From positions 1 to 41,293 of the forward strand of contig ML002329.1 in NCBI GenBank assembly GCA_003614675.1: a stretch of DNA of 41,293 nt, in the 5' to 3' direction. Within the stretch, counting starts at the first letter, position 1; each line of letters starts with the position of its first letter. Origin of the DNA: Dimargaris cristalligena. Lineage: Eukaryota. Of this stretch, positions 35,685-41,293 are shown in pieces. Under the pieces are notes generated by a model. The model did not search any database and had not been told where the DNA came from. It worked only from the letters and a program-made list of their open reading frames with translations. Both the position numbers and the translations under genes were made by a program.

Positions 35685-38600
35685 AACTAGAATAGTAAAT
35701 ATAATAATAAAGGCCACTAATATTGGTGGATTAGAGATATAAAGGATGGGGATACACCTAAGCCTTCTATAATTAATAAATCCTCCAACTAGAAATAATA
35801 ACAAAGAATATCAAATAATGAATAATGAATAATGGAAAGTGGAAAGTGACCTAAGCTACTGAATGGCCCATATTGGTGGGAAAAGATGAAGACTGACCTT
35901 TAGTAATGTTCCTCATCTTTTCTATACTAAAAATAGTTTAGCCAGGATATGATATTAAAGATTAAGCAGACCGAGCCACAACAGCTATTAGACCTAATGT
36001 GATTGCTTCTTACTTAGTTAGCTAATCATCTTAAGCAGTGTAACCTTTTTTTAACACTTGGTTATTGCATAAAGCCTTAGTAATATATGGAAAGACTGAT
36101 CAACTGGAATGCATTGCAGACCTGTGTGACCAGTAACTATAATCATTTTGATGGCCATAGGCCATGCTGCTATACATTCATGATGTATGTACATGGCGAC
36201 GAAGCATGTGAGTTTCTAGTAATGAAACAGTCATAGGGAAATGGTAGCTACTTCTAAAAAACATCAATGGTGTGAAATACTTCATGGCATAGGGTAAAAT
36301 GCTAGTTAATGACATAATGTTTGCTCCTAGGGCGAGTCTCAGAAAGTATCATGCATAATAATGATACGAAGGACACCTAATAGATAATAGTAGTGCCGGA
36401 TGTCAAGTATAGAACCAGCCCGTAATATACTGGAAGACGCTACTAGGTAATACATTATGATGTTTGATTACTATGAATGTAGGATAAAGAGCATGGGTGA
36501 AAGCCGGCCCGATTATAATGGGGTTAAATTGATAGTGGTATGGCAAAATAGGCCGGAGATCCTCTTTCAAGCAGTAACATTTGGCCCATCTAACGGATTT
36601 TTTATTATGTAGCCTAGGTGAACCTCTCCCATATGTTATATCGAATATTAAAATGAAGAGGAGGAAATGTTTAAAGAAAGGTGATCCTTCGGTGATTGAA
36701 TTCCCACACCTCATTGATGGAACTAGGCGCCTTCATTTCCTAGTTCCCAAAGATGGATCTACTTTAATCACATTGATCACTAAGCCGGACATTTTATTGT
36801 AGGTCGCCCGTTTGATAGTCAGGTCCGTGATTGGGGAATTGCGGTTAGGCTACTGTAGCTGTCACTGTAATTATTTTAGAATTGAAATACTGCCCTATAT
36901 TTACTTAAGACGGAGCCAATTTGAATTTTAGGTGGCTATATAAATACCATACCTCGAGGCGTTTGGTAGAAATCCCAGCCATCCTTGATTAATACCAGTA
37001 TATATCTTTTACTGAACTTGTCTCCTTCCCATTTCCAACCTTAGCCAGCGCTCCATCCATCACCAGTCCCATCTACTCCGATGTCATCACCTGATAAGAA
37101 CGGCATATTAAGCCGGTGTACCACCCGCGAATTGAAATTAGTTCTCGCGGCCGTAAACGAAGGAGGTAGAGTAAACGGTAGACTTATTTCTTGTGACAGT
37201 TCTTCACTAGTATGATGAAACCCAAGTTTTATTAACCAGTTATATATGACTTGCTTGATTATACTATTATTGTGCCTTATCTTCCATTTATTGGGGGGTT
37301 TCAGATATAATGTACCTGATAAATCCGCAGGCTTACCCACCGTATTATTACGTGCAAGTGACCAGTGTCGACCGAGAACAGGATCTGATAACATACCGAG
37401 TCCAGTGGTGTGTCAGAGGGGTCAATTCTGAGCATAAGGTTCATACTGTCCCCTTTAATAAGTTAAAAATACATTTTATTTATATCTGTGTGGAATCTCT
37501 ACCTGCTAATGAATTGTGTCCCGATTATCAGAAATGATATATCACCCCAATCGGATACTGACACAGTCATTAATTCAAACTGTACTCACGACCCTAATTT
37601 AGCTATTCATTTATCCAGGGTGTAATTACACCGCTTTAATCGGCCAATCTCCTACTCGTCACACACGAACCCAATTGTTTTCATAATCCTTTAGTAGTAT
37701 TAATTATACATTTGTCTCTTCCTGCCACTGTAATGTATACTTGGATCATTGCCCCCGGCAGATCAGTATAGCCTTAACTGTCCTCATCGGCCAGTCCCAG
37801 CACTAGCATTTACTATGGCGAGAATATCTTCACCCTTGTCTATACCTTCAATAAATACTCTATAGCTTGATATTGTTATAGCTGGAAATATTAGTCACTG
37901 TGCGAATATATATACCTGGGAGGAGGGGCTATTAGAGGACGCCCAAATGAGTATGTGGGTAGTACTTTGCAGACAGCAACAGTGCCGAATATTATATACA
38001 AAGGTAGGTAAACTAGCAAACATATTTATGATAGGCGGCATTGGCTGAGGAACAACTAAAGTAATTGGTTCAGCTTTATATAGCTAATCAGACCAAGTAT
38101 AAGGGCATTGGACCAGTGCAGAACATGTTGGAAGGTGTTTTCTGTAATGCTGTGGGCGGTGAGACAAATAGGTTCCCAACTGTCAGTCTACACCTACCTC
38201 ATTGAAGCATTGACCTTAGTCAACAAGAGCAAGAGGCCTGCCCCTTATCCAATTCTCACAGAAGCCAGAAGTTTCAGTCAACCTGGTCTGTCCTGATTGG
38301 CTAGTCTTTCTGCTCTTCTAAATCTCATTCATCATCTTTCCTGCACATTATTATATCTAGTTACAATGAATGACAAAGGTGGTACCTGTCAATCCGGAAG
38401 AAGTTGTGAGATGGTGTTAACCAACTATCCGTCATGACCCGTGACTAATCATTACATTATTAACATGGAGGTTTGGAAGTACCTGTTAATCTGAGAGTAT
38501 CCTGATAAGGTAACCATCTCAATAATTCAAGTTACTCATTGTATAATCCTAGTCAGTAGTTTAGTCCAGTTTTTTCCCTTTTGAATAGGTTTTTATAGTT

Positions 38601-38750
38601 CCTAGTTTAGCTCATAGTACCTATTATTTTTAGTTATAGTTTAGTTAGTGCACTTGAGTGTATATATAAACCTCACCCTTTTTTTACCCTTAAAATGGCA
38701 AGTTATTTCTAAGATACATCAGAATAAGTATTTATTTTTATTAAACCTTC

Positions 38751-39331
38751 TGTCGGCCCTCCTAATCTGACTTAATCCAGACCTAATGATCACCCATCCT
38801 ATTTCAGCCTTATAGCACCATATTAACCCTCCCATAGTCACCCCCGGTACTATGAGGCTATCCTTTATTATGTAACCCCACTCATTCAACCCCAATACTT
38901 TGCACTCCAAACACTCAACTCGCTAATCTAAGACTCTTCCAGTTCCCATGAGAGTCTTCCTAATGCAAAGCCATCCAGTCAGAGTCTTTACTTATCTACA
39001 CCTTAGTCATAGTAGTATTTCCCTTGGGACCTCCCTCTGGAGCTGTCCCCACATATATATAACCAGGCCCCACTGGGACTGGTTCAATTCCTTAGCTTAT
39101 TCCTATCCCCCAGTTTACCCTAATAAACTCTATATGCTCACCCCCCTTGTACTGACTAGTAAGTGTACCTGCTGCACGTCCCTGACATTTACCTGCATTA
39201 TCCTTTATTGGTTAGTACTACATCCCCATCCTAATACTAGTAGCTCACTTGGCCAAGTCTAAGCCCCACCTACCATTAGAAGCCTATCCTTGGGACTCTT
39301 GATAGACTAAGAGTGGTTAACCTGGGTAACA
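38751..39331 (+). mobile_element. Solo LTR, family A (581 bp), nested
   Basis: TGTCGGCCC...GGGTAACA with a perfect 5-bp TSD CCTTC (38746-38750 and 39332-39336). Confidence 0.9.
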
Positions 39332-39759
39332 CCTTCTAATCTACCTTAATCTGACTGGCTCAGTGTCTGACCATATTAGGCTGTATAGTACTATATTAGC
39401 CTTCCCATAGTCATACCTGATACTATGGGATCATTATATAATATATAACCCTTCCCCCGGCCATACACCATCTATTTGCACTAGTCACTCAAGTGCTAAT
39501 CTATTAGACTCTTCCAGTTACCCCCTGAGTCTTCTGGATACTATTGGCTATCTGGTCCACCTATTTACCTATTTTATAGTCTTAATAGTATTCTACCTTA
39601 AGACCTCCCTCTAATGTTATCCCTATATATATATAACTGGGCCCCATTAGGACTGGTTAGGTTCCTTCACTTATTCTTACCCCCTAATTTACTTAATAAA
39701 CTCTATATATACTCACCCCCCATATTAACTAATAAGTAGACTGACTGCACATCCCTTGC

Positions 39760-40131
39760 TGTCATGACTGGTTAATTTGAACTATAAGAATAACCAGCCA
39801 TACAAGTAAAAACCCATACTAGTGGATGGGTAAATTAACATTTAATATCATAAAAATATATCCCCATTATCCTACTATGTTTTATTTCCATTATTATATT
39901 CCCTGTATTATCTAGTTACTGATTCATATTCATTAGTCATTATTATCCTTCCCCTGCCCCTTGAGTTTAGATATAACCCTAACTGTTTCCCTATGGCTTA
40001 CTCTTTAGCTTGCAACTTCTCTTCTCTTTTGTTTTGTCTTATTCTTATATTTATCCTAATAAACTTATTCCTATCCTTTGAAGTCCTGTCCATCCTGTGG
40101 TACCTGGCCTTAATACCAGCCCATCATAATA
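39760..40131. mobile_element. Solo LTR-like insertion, family B (372 bp), nested
   Basis: Starts TGTCATGAC and ends ATCATAATA (a decayed inverted copy of the start). Perfect 5-bp TSD CTTGC (39755-39759 and 40132-40136). Host LTR sequence resumes immediately afterwards. Confidence 0.8.
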
Positions 40132-40283
40132 CTTGCATATAACTACTACTTAGTATTTATTAATTAGTACTATATCCTATACCTGATGCTAGTAGCCTGC
40201 TTGGCTGAGTCTAAGCCCTACCTACCATTAGAGGCCTAAGGATAGGCCTCTTGGCAGACTAAGAGTAGTTAACCTGGGTAATA

Positions 40284-41293
40284 AGTATAATAATAATATA
40301 ATATATGGCTACTATTTTGGTAATCTATTCCAGTATTATACCAGTATCTGCTTTATGGGTATTTTACTTAATGCAATGCCAGGAGGCATCTTGACTGGGA
40401 GTAATCAATAGAAAAAAATGGTATCTTAATAAATAGGTACCTAGTGGGTAGGTATAAATTGGGAGTGGATGTTTGAGGTTTTATATGGGATGAATATATC
40501 AACATATATATACCATAGTAAATGTGCTGCTGTGGGTAGTTGGGCAGAAGCTACGTAAGCATCAGCACCCATTACTAATCCAAGAAGTGGTCATACTTTG
40601 GATGGATTCAAGGTCCCTGGACAATTAATATGATATTTCCATAGGAACAGTCAGGGGCTGAGAATGTTATTACATTTCTTTATGCTAGCTGGTTCTCTTT
40701 TCCTTCAGCTTTCCAAATCATACTTCCATTTGCTTTTCCATTTATTATTGATGAAGTTATAGGCTGTTGAGATTAATAGTAATTTTAACCCATGATTGAC
40801 CACTTCATATTACTACTTTTATACTATTGATGACCCTTTATGAGTAGGGCTTAGGAATAACTAGCCTCCAGTGGATTCCTTCTTAGAATTATACCATATA
40901 ACTACTTAGCATGAACTATTTTTATTAGTTTTATCAATGTCCAATATGAAGGAGGACTGGGAAGACTGTGTCTTCTGTGGTGAATTTACCCCATTTTTAC
41001 CTACATTTATTTTTTATCTATTTTTCACACTTATTGGAAGTATACCCCTGATGAGTGAATGAGCCCCTACCCCTAACAAGTATAGTCATTTTTCCTCCAT
41101 TTATATTAGTATAGTATTTTTTCTATTAGTATATTATATACCCTTAACTATGATGCACCCCTGCCCCTGACTGGACTGTACCCCTGCATTCACACTGCCC
41201 CTGGCCCAACTGCACCCCTGTTCAAAAAATAGCTAATAATAGCTTTCTCCCTTTCTTTTTTTCCCTTCTATTGTTTCACATTGAATTTATTAG
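40284..41293. other. AT-rich, CpG-poor tract, probably decayed transposon DNA, with short C-rich repeats near 41154-41220
   Basis: Almost no CG dinucleotides, no ORF, adjoins the LTR nest, and TG(C/T)ACCCCTG / CTGCCCCTG units recur. Confidence 0.4.

Larger units (their letters stand above)
38739..40283 (+). mobile_element. Older family-A solo LTR interrupted by two later insertions
   Basis: Pieces 38739-38750, 39337-39759 and 40137-40283 reassemble into one LTR (TATTAAACCTTCTAATCTACCTTAAT...GTTAACCTGGGTAATA), co-linear with the reverse complement of 35100-35684. Confidence 0.8.

Noticed and set aside
37041-37394. LisH-like segment (IKQVIYNWLIKLGFHHTSEELSQEI) on the minus strand
   Set aside because: Short, isolated match in AT-rich sequence with no supporting exons or partner domains.
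38719-39262. ORFs of 63 and 104 aa
   Set aside because: They lie largely within solo LTR sequence and show no gag/pol motifs.
1-41293. tRNA, rRNA, CRISPR arrays, prokaryotic operon features
   Set aside because: None recognised by eye; the sequence is eukaryotic with spliceosomal introns. tRNAscan-SE and Infernal would be needed to exclude small RNA genes.

Overview
Eukaryotic, intron-containing fungal DNA. The gene set (NELF-B, CARM1 and FKBP25 types) points to an early-diverging fungus; a Zoopagomycota mycoparasite such as Dimargaris is my guess, not something the sequence proves. A central block holds conserved genes: FKBP25-like PPIase, CARM1-like PRMT, IWS1, NELF-B, NMT1 and a Hos2/HDAC3-like deacetylase. 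Around and within it lie lineage-specific secreted-protein genes and solo LTRs, three of them nested, with strong C>T/G>A decay. The best lead is a pair of distant paralogues (4819-6302 minus; 33436-35031 plus). Each combines a signal peptide, an F-box-like motif, an intron at the same position and a shared uncharacterised C-terminal domain, making them candidate secreted F-box effectors. The second copy has an in-frame TAA. All exon structures were read by eye from splice signals and frame continuity.
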